The notes below the pieces were generated by a model that had not been told where the DNA came from, searched no databases, and saw only the letters and a list, made by a program, of their open reading frames with translations. This document shows, one piece after another, positions 49,931 through 59,324 of a DNA stretch of 64,000 nt. The stretch is from an uncultured Chloroflexia bacterium (lineage in GTDB: Bacteria; Chloroflexota; Dehalococcoidia; GIF9; UBA5629), in the NCBI GenBank assembly GCA_963705905.1, contig OY970123.1, positions 275,051-339,050 of the forward strand, given 5' to 3'. Numbering within the stretch: the stretch's first letter is position 1; every line of letters starts with the position of its first letter. The translations under genes were made by a program, and so were the position numbers.

Positions 49931-50634
49931 TTGGGCGAACTTATATCAAGGGACAGCTTTTCTAGGGCGATGCGCGCCGCTTCAGATTCGGCTACTTTCC
50001 TGGTCTTGCCTGATCCGATGGCCAGCACGACTTCTCCTAACGAGACGGACACGCAAAATACCTTGTCGTGGTCGGGGCCGGTGGCCTCTATAATCTCATA
50101 ACCCGGCAGCGTTTTAAATTTGGCCTGCATTAGTTCCTGTAAAAGGGCCTTATAATTCAGGACCGGCTTTCCAGCTTTGACAGACGAGATATCTCTGGCG
50201 AAATTTGACAGCACGAACTCACGGGCTTTGCTGATTCCCTGGTCCAGAAAAATGGCGGCTACCAGAGCTTCGAAGGTATCCGCCAAATTATTGCGCCGCC
50301 CCCTTCCGCCCGAAGAATCCTCTCCCTTTCCGAGTACCATATAGCCGCCCAATTTTAGGGCGGATGATTTTTCGGCCAGCTTTTCCTGTCTTATCATAGA
50401 TATGCGCAGCTCGGTAAGCTTGCCTTCCGGCAGGTTTGGGAATTCCCGATAAAGCAGTTCTGCGAAGATCATGTTGAGCAGGGCATCGCCGAGAAATTCC
50501 ATACGCTGGTTGTCATGTGTATCAGCGCCCGGATTTTCGTTTACATAGGAGGGATGGATAAACGCCTGCTGGAGAAGAGAAGGATTACGGAAGGTTATCC
50601 CTAACGCTGATTGAATTTCGTGTATATCGGACAA
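49927..50634 (-). CDS. rnc: Ribonuclease III
   Basis: NQRMEFLGDALL, ADTFEALVAAIFLD, dsRBD NYKALLQE...GPDH. Confidence 0.95.
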   Translation of the reverse strand: MSDIHEIQSALGITFRNPSLLQQAFIHPSYVNENPGADTHDNQRMEFLGDALLNMIFAELLYREFPNLPEGKLTELRISMIRQEKLAEKSSALKLGGYMVLGKGEDSSGGRGRRNNLADTFEALVAAIFLDQGISKAREFVLSNFARDISSVKAGKPVLNYKALLQELMQAKFKTLPGYEIIEATGPDHDKVFCVSVSLGEVVLAIGSGKTRKVAESEAARIALEKLSLDISSPN

Positions 50635-50661
50635 TATGCGGCCCTATAGGGAAGGTCCAAC

Positions 50662-51039
50662 TCAGTTGAACTCATCTTTTGCAAGAGCAGTGATAATTAC
50701 CGATGGAATACCGAAGAAAGGAAAGGCTATGCAGGAACTGATGGCACCTGCCAGGGCAAAGATCCAGATCCTCCTCTGCAGCGCGTAGACACCGCCAATG
50801 ATTGATATAATACCGATGAAAACTAATACGAATGGCACGGCGAATAAGGTGGAGAACATGTTCTCAACCCACTTAATCACGACAGGTTGTACCAGCTGGG
50901 GATTAAAACGCAGGACCTCCTTGTCGATAGTTTCGAAAAGCAATTTAAGCATCGCCAAAGCAATGCCGCCGACCATGCCGATGGCGCCCGCTACGATATC
51001 GAGTATGCCGGCCATGACGGGCTTCCAGGTTAGTTTCAT
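50662..51039 (-). CDS. Hypothetical membrane protein
   Basis: Three to four TM segments; ATG 51039 after GGGGAG. Confidence 0.6.
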   Translation of the reverse strand: MKLTWKPVMAGILDIVAGAIGMVGGIALAMLKLLFETIDKEVLRFNPQLVQPVVIKWVENMFSTLFAVPFVLVFIGIISIIGGVYALQRRIWIFALAGAISSCIAFPFFGIPSVIITALAKDEFN

Positions 51040-51184
51040 AATATGCTCCCCAATTACGACACGCGTCGTCTCTTCAGTTTTCATTACCCTATTTTACAGG
51101 AACTGTCAACAAGGGTGAAAGGGGCGGAGATTAATCCGGCCCGGTTGCCCGTAAATATGTACCGATGATATAATCTCGACGCAC

Positions 51185-51258
51185 TGGGGATTAGTCTAGC
51201 GGTAGGACAGCGGACTCTGGATCCGTGAGGCCAGGTTCGAATCCTGGATCCCCAGCCA
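51185..51258 (+). tRNA. tRNA-Gln(CTG)
   Basis: TGGGGAT acceptor; anticodon arm GCGGA-CTCTGGA-TCCGT; GGTTCGAATCC; CCA. Confidence 0.96.
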
Positions 51259-51318
51259 CTCCTTGGTGTGCGGCGGTTAAATGTGCAGAGGAATAATTAA
51301 AGTTCACCCGCAATAAAT

Positions 51319-51738
51319 ATGGCGAAGCACTTTATTGGCGTGGTTCCACGGGAACATGTGCTCTATGCAGTTTCGCAGGGCATTGCTCAAACCGGTCACG
51401 GGAAAAGGGCAGGACTTTCCCGGATGAAAAAAGGAGACTGGCTCATTTACTATTCACCCAGGGTAGCCATGAATTCAGCAGAAAAATTACAGGCGTTCAC
51501 TGCCATAGGACAAATTGCCGACGACGAGATATATCAGGTTGAGATGTCTCCTGACTTCAAGCCCTATAGAAGAAAGGTAAATTTCAAAGAAGCTAAAGAA
51601 GTGCCCATTCTTACGCTGATCGGCAAGCTGGATTTTATAATGGACAAAGCTCATTGGGGTTATATGTTCCGTTTGGGACTATTTGAAATCCCGGAGAAAG
51701 ATTTTAACACCATCTCAAACCTGATGCTGGCTAAGTAA
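51319..51738 (+). CDS. EVE domain-containing protein
   Basis: HV...V..GIAQ.GHGK...L.RMKKGDWLIYYSP...FTAIG...F.PYRR...WGYMFR.GLFEI. Confidence 0.85.
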   Translation: MAKHFIGVVPREHVLYAVSQGIAQTGHGKRAGLSRMKKGDWLIYYSPRVAMNSAEKLQAFTAIGQIADDEIYQVEMSPDFKPYRRKVNFKEAKEVPILTLIGKLDFIMDKAHWGYMFRLGLFEIPEKDFNTISNLMLAK

Positions 51739-51885
51739 TTTTCTCTAGTAGTTCGCACATAATCGCCGGATGGCAGCCGGCTTCTTAATTTCTTTCAACC
51801 TCTATCTTTACAGTACTGCGCCGTTGAATATAGAATTAGCCCGTCTTCAAAGCGCATTATGCCCGGGCAAGGGAGGGAATTAAGT

Positions 51886-52257
51886 ATGAGTTCGAAGCTA
51901 TCGCTGTCAATTCGCGTCGCCGTCCAGATAATTTCCTGCTTGTTACTACTGGCATGTATAAGTTTAAATACGGCCTGTCATCAGAATGATGTAGTGATGT
52001 ATGAAGTGGTCGGCAGCGCACCGGTCGTGGATATCCAGGTGACTAATCCTTCAGGTGCTACGGATGAATTTCAGGATGTCAACCTGCCGTGGAGGTTCTC
52101 TTACGAAGGGTTTGAAAACAGCCAGGCGTACGTCTATGCGCATAATAACACGGAAGAAGGCGGCATTACCGTGAATATTTACGTCAACGGCAAGCTTGAG
52201 CGCACCGCCACCAGTACAGGCCCTTATCAGACCGCCGTCACCTACTGGGATAGATGA
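51886..52257 (+). CDS. Small exported Ig-like protein (MmpS-like)
   Basis: Signal/lipobox-like N-terminus; VMYEVVG...VNLPW...ITVNIYVNGK. Confidence 0.55.
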   Translation: MSSKLSLSIRVAVQIISCLLLLACISLNTACHQNDVVMYEVVGSAPVVDIQVTNPSGATDEFQDVNLPWRFSYEGFENSQAYVYAHNNTEEGGITVNIYVNGKLERTATSTGPYQTAVTYWDR

Positions 52258-53530
52258 GTAACTTTTGCAGGTCCTGTCCAAGCGGGCTCAAATTTCCCTT
52301 CTGCATGCTGCTCATCGAAGCCTGGGTTGCCAGCCTGTTTAACTCTATAGTTGAGAGATCATGTGAGGTAGCCTGGTAGTCCAGGTAGCTGAAAAAATAG
52401 CGGCTCCAGAAAAAGGAAACGAAGTCCATACCGGCCGCGGCGGATATGCTTACCATCATGCGGATGAATTGGGCATCCAGCGGCTGCCAGAAGCTGTAGT
52501 AGTCACGGTCCATGATCGTCTCGGCATTGCCCAATCCATTTCCCAGTTCTTCGGGCAGGGCTTTATATAGCCAGCTCTCGCTGACTGTCACGCGTTTCCT
52601 GTTGCTGTGAGCAATTTGCGAGTAGTTTAATGCCCGGTCCAGGTATGCGTTGTCCGTGCCCATCGGATAGATGTGAAGGTCGACATAGTCGAGGCCGGTC
52701 ATGTTGATAATCGAGTTCATGTAGGCGGGGTTTTCCCAGGTGCCCGTACCGGCGCCGACCAGGATGCCATGGGAGCGGTCGATCCTGCCGGCTGTGGAGC
52801 TGATAAAGCTGCTCCAGTCCCCGGGAGTTATTTTGAGCCCGGTTAATCCCTCGTCCGTGACCGGCTCATTGGCCAGCGTCAGATAGTCGGGTTGCACCTG
52901 GCCGGCCACCAGTAATAGCTGGTCTTCCAGTCCCTGTAAAAAGGATTGAGTTGTATACTTCGACCAATCGACGTGGACTGGAGAATAGGGCGTGCCCGCG
53001 AAAATGGCCCCTACTTCCACCAATACCTTCATATTGCGGCTGTGGCATTCAGAGATAATATCCTGGTAAAACTTGAGGAATTCGGATGAGCGCGGGAAAT
53101 CCGGGCTGAGCAAGGGGTACTTAATAGCTACCACCACGCCTTTGATCCCGATGGATTGTAGACGGTCCAGCACCAGCCGGTTTAAGCTCATGACTTGGGG
53201 ATTCAGAAGTCCGTCGCCCACGTTGCCGTTGGCATAAAGAAGTTCGGAGGCAAAAGTGGTCCTGTCAGCCGCGGCGCTCCCGCTCGGCATGACGTCGAGC
53301 TTTGTCTGGAATTGGTCCATCTGAGCGGCCAGGCCTCTGTATAGCTGCTGATATTCCTGTGGCACAGCGGGCGTCGATACGTTGGGGGTAGTCACCTGGT
53401 TCGTTTGGCTTGCATTGGATTGGTTGGATTGGGATGGAGCGGTAACGATTTGGCTTGCATGACGGCAACCCGGGACCACGATTCCAGCCAGGACTGCTAA
53501 TATGAGCATAGTAAACAAGGTTTTCTTCAT
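52238..53530 (-). CDS. Lipoprotein with a putative clan-A glycoside hydrolase TIM barrel
   Basis: Lipobox VPGC; LANEP (acid/base-like), DYVDLHIY, VTVSESW (nucleophile-like). Confidence 0.6.
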   Translation of the reverse strand: MKKTLFTMLILAVLAGIVVPGCRHASQIVTAPSQSNQSNASQTNQVTTPNVSTPAVPQEYQQLYRGLAAQMDQFQTKLDVMPSGSAAADRTTFASELLYANGNVGDGLLNPQVMSLNRLVLDRLQSIGIKGVVVAIKYPLLSPDFPRSSEFLKFYQDIISECHSRNMKVLVEVGAIFAGTPYSPVHVDWSKYTTQSFLQGLEDQLLLVAGQVQPDYLTLANEPVTDEGLTGLKITPGDWSSFISSTAGRIDRSHGILVGAGTGTWENPAYMNSIINMTGLDYVDLHIYPMGTDNAYLDRALNYSQIAHSNRKRVTVSESWLYKALPEELGNGLGNAETIMDRDYYSFWQPLDAQFIRMMVSISAAAGMDFVSFFWSRYFFSYLDYQATSHDLSTIELNRLATQASMSSMQKGNLSPLGQDLQKLLIYPSR

Positions 53531-53659
53531 ATTTCCCCCCGGGGGCTGACATAAATAATTGCCGGAATGGGAATATTATAAGTCTTTACTGATCGGGGTC
53601 TAAATAATGCTGAATTGTCGTTTGGAGGGGGCGTTGATATAATATTTAACGCTTCGTGT

Positions 53660-53736
53660 GGCGCATTCGTCTAGGGGTTTAGGACGCTGCCCTCTCAAGG
53701 CAGAGATCACCGGTTCGAATCCGGTATGCGCTACCA
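53660..53736 (+). tRNA. tRNA-Glu(CTC)
   Basis: GGCGCAT acceptor; anticodon arm CTGCC-CTCTCAA-GGCAG; GGTTCGAATCC; ACCA. Confidence 0.96.
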
Positions 53737-53799
53737 ATCTTTATTTCAGCTTGATTTTGATAGCTAAAACCGGCCGTACAGCGTGCCAGATTCTAGTAT

Positions 53800-53935
53800 T
53801 CGCTACTAATTTGCTCGGCGTGAGATGGTATTCACCGATAATACGCTTGTAATCCTGAAAAATGGGATCATCGGCATCCGCAAAGCCGATCACGGGGTCG
53901 TCAAAAATCGGCTCATTATCGAAAGACGGCAGGCG
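53800..53935 (-). pseudogene. Fragment resembling the N-terminus of a QueG/reductive-dehalogenase-related Fe-S protein
   Basis: RLPSFDNEPIFDDPVIGFADADDPIFQDYKRIIGEYHLTP; no credible start and no continuation. The family assignment is from recall only. Confidence 0.5.
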
Positions 53936-54301
53936 TACTACGCGAACTTTATGGATGTGGCGAAGCTCAGCACTATGACCGAACGGTGACGTATCTCCGG
54001 GCACCGATGGACTCAGATCACGTTCGCGAACTTGAGCTTAAGCGGAGATACCTGGCCGCCATTGAACTATTGGAACGTAACCTTTAGATGCCACATCTTA
54101 GACGTGAGTCGTGAGAGGTCATGCAGCGATCTATAATATTTGCCATATTTGATTCAGATGCCCGTTCAGTTAGCTACTTATATTTTTCAGAAGTGATGGT
54201 TCTCGGGAAATAGTGTGGCTGCTTTTCAAGACTCGGTCACAATACCGTATTTTAGCCTTCCGTGTATTCAAAAAACTTGATGTTTACCTCTCGTGGTTCT
54301 A

Positions 54302-55078
54302 CTACAATGCAATGGTCTCATTCATGGTCATCACCCGGACTTCTGTAGATGGGCATCTCTCTTTTACTGCTTTTATAAAGGGTGCGATATCCACGTATGT
54401 GGAAAGGGGTGGATAAAAGTCATCTTGGTGGTGAGGTATGACCATGTATGGCTTGAGTTCTCGAACGTATTCGAAAGCGATATCGCAGATATGGGTGTGC
54501 CCTTGTAGCGGGATCAGCAGGACATCGAGTGGGTTGGTTGCAAGGCGTGCCAATTCCTCTGGCGTCGACCCACCGCTACCGAAATGATGTATGGTGAATC
54601 TGCCTAATGTGAAGCGCCAACTGAGCACCTGGCCTTCCGGGTACCGGCTATGCATATTCCCTAAGCGGTGGTAGTCCGGACCAATCCGCAATAAGGTTTG
54701 TTCCATAAGCTCCTTGTCGAATTTGATGTGCCGACTGAAAAAAGCCTCGGCCTTGTAGCTGTCGAAATCGATTTTATAGGCGTCCCCTTTGACCACATGT
54801 ATGCGTCCTTTGTCAACACCCTCGCGTACCAGCGTGCCGGCCGCAATCTCCGAACAGTACACGGTGGCTGCGCCGTGCGCCATAATTGAGGGAATATCGT
54901 AAATATGGTCGAAGTGACCGTGAGTCAGGAAAATATGACCAGCGTCGGAAATATTGCCCGGCTGCAAAGTTTGGACTGGTTTAGCCTTGGGGTTACGGGA
55001 GAAATAAGGGTCAATGAGAAATACCTGACCGCCGGTGTCAACTTGGAAACCGGCAGTACCCAACCATTTGAGCTTCAT
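54302..55078 (-). CDS. Metallo-beta-lactamase-fold hydrolase (UlaG-like)
   Basis: WLGTAGF, LIDPY, THGHFDH, IPHHQD. Confidence 0.85.
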   Translation of the reverse strand: MKLKWLGTAGFQVDTGGQVFLIDPYFSRNPKAKPVQTLQPGNISDAGHIFLTHGHFDHIYDIPSIMAHGAATVYCSEIAAGTLVREGVDKGRIHVVKGDAYKIDFDSYKAEAFFSRHIKFDKELMEQTLLRIGPDYHRLGNMHSRYPEGQVLSWRFTLGRFTIHHFGSGGSTPEELARLATNPLDVLLIPLQGHTHICDIAFEYVRELKPYMVIPHHQDDFYPPLSTYVDIAPFIKAVKERCPSTEVRVMTMNETIAL

Positions 55079-55538
55079 ATGAGCCTCATCATCAACACAT
55101 TATAAGATATATCCCTATCTTTTGTCTGAGACACTACGAATCCATCCACTATTCTTGCCACTTTAAGGGATGAAGCTTTTGAAACCTTTGCACAGTGATT
55201 GGAAGATATTTTCATCAGAGTATATCAGAGAACTGGCCACCTTCTTCAAGGATTTGCACAATAGGCCTCCAAGCAAAGACTGATCTTTAGTATGCTGCTG
55301 CCACGGAGTATAGCGCACACTATCACGAGATAGTAACAACTTTCCAGGCACTGGTGATATAGGCTAAGTGCAGTTGCCCACGTCCGCATTGCGGTACCGT
55401 TAGAATTTATTACCATTGAACAAACAACGGCATCACCGTTCCGCTGTAGGTATAGCTACGTCGAGGGTCAGGGGTATGCATTGTCAAGGGCATAGCTTTA
55501 ATTACACCTAGGTCTACCAGTTGGGGTACCTCCACTCA

Positions 55539-55566
55539 TTGACATCCTCTATTTTGAAAGTATAAT
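55539..55566 (+). promoter_or_regulatory. Consensus sigma70 promoter upstream of the GPH transporter
   Basis: TTGACA-16 nt-TATAAT. Confidence 0.7.
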
Positions 55567-55719
55567 ACTGACGCGAACACTAGCGCCCCTCGGAGTTTGG
55601 TTGAATGCCAAAATTTGGCAGGTATGAATGAACTCTAGCGATACAGTCCAAGGGTCTGAAGAATTTAGAGTAAATTGAAAAGAGCCTGGTAGACATTTAT
55701 CGAAATACGGGGTGTAAAA

Positions 55720-57087
55720 ATGGAAGAGAAGAAGCTTTCCCTGCGGACGAAGCTCGGTTACGGCGCCGCCGATTTAGGCAACAACCTGTTTGCACAGGCG
55801 ATTGGTTTCGTGCTGCTAATTTATCTTACCGACACAGTGGGGCTTTCTGCTGCCCTGGCAGGCATTGCCCTTATGGTCGGCCGTATCTGGGATGCTTTTT
55901 ATGACCCTGTTATAGGCTATATCTCCGATAGGACCACAACCAGGATGGGACGCCGCAGGCCGTTCATGCTGGGCGGCGCAATACCCTGGTTTATAGCCAT
56001 GATCATCATGTTTGCTAACCCTTCGCTGGTCATTGGCTCGGGAATCAGCCAGGCAGCGCTTTTTGCCTATGCTCTGATTGTCTATATAATCCTATGCACT
56101 GCATACTCCACGGTAAACATCCCTTATTATTCGTGGGCGCCGGAATTGACCTCAGATTATCATGAGAGAACATCTCTGAACGGGTACCGCTCCGCTTTTG
56201 CATTCTTCGGCAATCTTATTGCACTGGGCGCTGCCCTACCGATCGTCGCTCTCAGCAAGGACAAAAGTATGGGATTCATTTTAATGGGGCTGATATTCGG
56301 CGGCGTAATGCTTCTTACGACATTATCCACGGTATTTGCGATAAAAGAACCTGCCAACCTGAAACCCGCAAAGTCCCTGGACATTGGGAAAACCTATCTA
56401 GCAGTTTTTAAGAACAGGCCTTATGTCCTCATCCTGCTATCATACATAATCAACTTCACCGGCATTACCATCATCTCCGGTATAGCGATTTACTACTTCA
56501 AATATATTCTCGGGGCCGAAAATATGGTGACATATGCCATGCTCTTATTGCTGGTGACCTCGGTGGTTTTCATACCGATAAGCGTCGTTATAGCCAAGAA
56601 GACGGGTAAAAAGCTCGTTTATGGTGCAGCCAGCATTATCACGGCAGCCTCGGTCATGGTCCTCTTTTTCTTCGGCCACACCCTGGGTTTGAATTTCGCC
56701 CTTGTAATGATGTTTTTCCTGGGGATAGGCCTCGGCTTTACATATGTACCTCCGTTCGCAATGGTGGCCGATGCAATAGAGTATGACTACCTGGTGACGG
56801 GAGAGCGCAGGGAGGGGGCATTCTTTGGCATCTGGACATGGGGACTCAAGCTCGGCCAGGCGCTGGCGGTTTTTCTCATGGGTATGATACTTGAAGCGAT
56901 GGGCTATGTGGCAAATGCCATGCCTCAGTCAGCGAGCGCCCAGCTTGGCATCCGGCTTTTCCTTGGGCCTATATCCGCTGCCATTTTCATCCTGTCGGCC
57001 GTGGTCCTCTATTTCTACCCCATAACTGAAAAGCGTTATAAAGAGATACTTGCAGAGATCGCTGAGAGAGATGCGAAGAAGGCCTGA
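55720..57087 (+). CDS. Glycoside-pentoside-hexuronide (GPH) cation symporter, MFS
   Basis: KLGYGAAD, RIWDAFYDP..G.ISDRT.TRMGRRRP, NIPY...ELT.DY.ER, GERREG; about 12 TM. Confidence 0.92.
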   Translation: MEEKKLSLRTKLGYGAADLGNNLFAQAIGFVLLIYLTDTVGLSAALAGIALMVGRIWDAFYDPVIGYISDRTTTRMGRRRPFMLGGAIPWFIAMIIMFANPSLVIGSGISQAALFAYALIVYIILCTAYSTVNIPYYSWAPELTSDYHERTSLNGYRSAFAFFGNLIALGAALPIVALSKDKSMGFILMGLIFGGVMLLTTLSTVFAIKEPANLKPAKSLDIGKTYLAVFKNRPYVLILLSYIINFTGITIISGIAIYYFKYILGAENMVTYAMLLLLVTSVVFIPISVVIAKKTGKKLVYGAASIITAASVMVLFFFGHTLGLNFALVMMFFLGIGLGFTYVPPFAMVADAIEYDYLVTGERREGAFFGIWTWGLKLGQALAVFLMGMILEAMGYVANAMPQSASAQLGIRLFLGPISAAIFILSAVVLYFYPITEKRYKEILAEIAERDAKKA

Positions 57088-57710
57088 GCCGGCAGTTGGG
57101 CGGATGCGGGCAGCCCTTTGCCCTGCCAGTCCACCCATACACTGTGAATACCGATTTGCTTGGCGCCGGCCACATCCCGCGCCAGGTCATACCCGACCAT
57201 CCATGCATCCTTATGATCAACACGTAGCCAGCCCAGCGCATGTTCAAAGACACGCCGATCTGGTTTACCGGTACCGAATTCACTTTCAACTATAATGCGA
57301 TGGAAAAGAGGCTCCAGTTCAAACCTTCTGATCTTGCGCCTCTGCACATCAGACTCACCGTTGGTCACCAGGGCCAGCATTACATTATTCTGTCGGAAGT
57401 GATTCAGCGTATCTATGGCTCCCGGGAAAGGCTGCATGTGCCTCTCTATTTCATCCCCATATACTTTGGATAGCTCCCCTGCTGCTTTGACGTCGTTAAA
57501 ACCCAGCTTCGATAGGGTTATCTCCACCACCTCCCATCTTGCCAATGCCAGATTAAGCCGCCCTCTCCTGTGCCTTTCCAGGTCGCTCCAGTACCAGTCC
57601 TTCACCTCGCCGATGGCAGCCATTAACTTCTTAATCTGCAGGCCGTCATACCTTGAAGCAAAATCCGCACTGACCTTATACCAGCACTGCTCTACCCGGG
57701 CGGAGGCAAT
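57088..57710 (-). pseudogene. HAD-superfamily hydrolase, 5'-truncated
   Basis: PFPGA, LVTNG, GKPD and MVG.D..RDV.GA motifs present. The frame extends upstream only to a TAG at ~57711, so motif I (DxD) is absent. Confidence 0.7.
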
Positions 57711-57906
57711 CTAAGCGGGCGAAAGGTTAGAAGCATCACTATACTTCAGCGCTACCAAAGAAGAAATTTGCAGATGGTTAGACGTATCTGAAACGACTTT
57801 GGACGAGGAGTGCAGCGCACATTGTCACAAGATGACTGTTAAGTGAAAACGTCAGCCTATGAGAGGAGTGGGAGGGGCATCAGCAGCCGCATGCGGTTGG
57901 TTAGCC

Positions 57907-59277
57907 CTAGCGGTTTTTAGCCTCCATCTCAGCGATTTCCTTGCAGATCTCCTTATAGCGTTTTTCGGTTATCGGGTAGAAATATAGCACGGCGGCGGCG
58001 GCGATGAATATAGCCGCGGAGATCGGCCCCAGAAAAAGCCTTATACCTAGCTGGGCGGTGGGTAACTGAGGCATGACATTAGCCATGTAACCCATAGCCT
58101 CCAATACCATGCCCATGATGAAGATGGCCAGCGCCTGACCGATCTTCAGTCCCCATGTCCACACGCCGAAAAATGCGCCTTCCCTGCGCTCACAGGTCCT
58201 CAAGTAATCAAACTCGATGGCGTCGGCCACGATGGCATACGGCATGGCATAGGTGAAACCGAAGCCAATGCCGGTGAAAAACATCATTATAAGCATGAAG
58301 GTTACGCCCAGGATGTGGCCCAGGAAGAAGATTATAAGGAGCATGGCTGCCATGATAACAAAGCCTGCCCCGTACACGAGTTTCTTGCCTACCTTTTTAC
58401 TGAGTGCGACGCTGACTGGGATAAAGATCATGGCCGTCACGATCAGTATCACCATGGCGTAGGTAGTCATGCCTTCCGCACCTAGTATGTATTTGAAGTA
58501 ATAGATGGCTATGGCACTGACTATGGTGATGGCCAGGATATGCAATACGTATGTAAGCAGTATCAGCACGTAAGGTCGATTCTTAAAGACTTCGGTATAG
58601 GTCTTGACGAAGCCCATTGTCCTGGCCGGTTTCAAATGCTCCGGTTCTTTTACCGTAAATATGGTAACCAGTGCGGAGACCAGCATAACAATGCCGAAGA
58701 CGGTGCCCATCAGCACAAAACCCAGGTTCTTGTCCGGCGCCAGGCCCACAATTGGCAGGGCCAGGCCGGCGCCCAACAATGTACCCACCGCGGCGAAGCC
58801 GAAACGGTAACCGTTGAGCGAGGATCTCTCGTTGTAGTCGGTCGTGAGCTCGGGTGCCAGGGAAGAATAAGGGATGTTTACCGTCGAGTAAGCTGTGCAC
58901 AGGATAATGTAAACTACCATAACGTAGATAAAAAGCGCCGCCTGGCTTATGCCGGCCCCGGCTATGAGGGTCGGATTGGTAAACATGATCACCATAGCGA
59001 TGAAAAGGGGGATGGTGCCGCCCAGCATGAAAGGCCTGCGCCTGCCCATTTTTGTCGCCGTTTTGTCGGAAATAAAGCCTATGACAGGGTCATAGAAGGC
59101 ATCCCACAGCCTGCCCACCATCAACGCTATGCCTGCCAGAGCAGCGGAAAGGCCCACCGAATCTGTAAGGTAGTTCATCAGCACAAAGGCTGTGGCTGTG
59201 AAAAACAAGTTCCCGCCAAAGTCGCAGACGCCGTAGCCGAGCTTTAGTCCCACCGAAAGTTTCTTTTCTTCCATCAT
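57907..59277 (-). CDS. GPH cation symporter, MFS (close paralog of 55720-57087)
   Basis: Same motifs, with long identical stretches shared with the + strand copy. Confidence 0.92.
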   Translation of the reverse strand: MMEEKKLSVGLKLGYGVCDFGGNLFFTATAFVLMNYLTDSVGLSAALAGIALMVGRLWDAFYDPVIGFISDKTATKMGRRRPFMLGGTIPLFIAMVIMFTNPTLIAGAGISQAALFIYVMVVYIILCTAYSTVNIPYSSLAPELTTDYNERSSLNGYRFGFAAVGTLLGAGLALPIVGLAPDKNLGFVLMGTVFGIVMLVSALVTIFTVKEPEHLKPARTMGFVKTYTEVFKNRPYVLILLTYVLHILAITIVSAIAIYYFKYILGAEGMTTYAMVILIVTAMIFIPVSVALSKKVGKKLVYGAGFVIMAAMLLIIFFLGHILGVTFMLIMMFFTGIGFGFTYAMPYAIVADAIEFDYLRTCERREGAFFGVWTWGLKIGQALAIFIMGMVLEAMGYMANVMPQLPTAQLGIRLFLGPISAAIFIAAAAVLYFYPITEKRYKEICKEIAEMEAKNR

Positions 59278-59324
59278 AAACTCCTCGTCGTTAGCCTTAG
59301 AAAATTATTTCGCTTACAGTGTTA

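Noticed and set aside
55160-55480. Short ORFs in the MBL-GPH intergenic region (62 aa on -, 37 aa on +, Cys-containing fragment)
   Set aside because: No recognisable family and weak RBS; cannot be told apart from decayed or random sequence.
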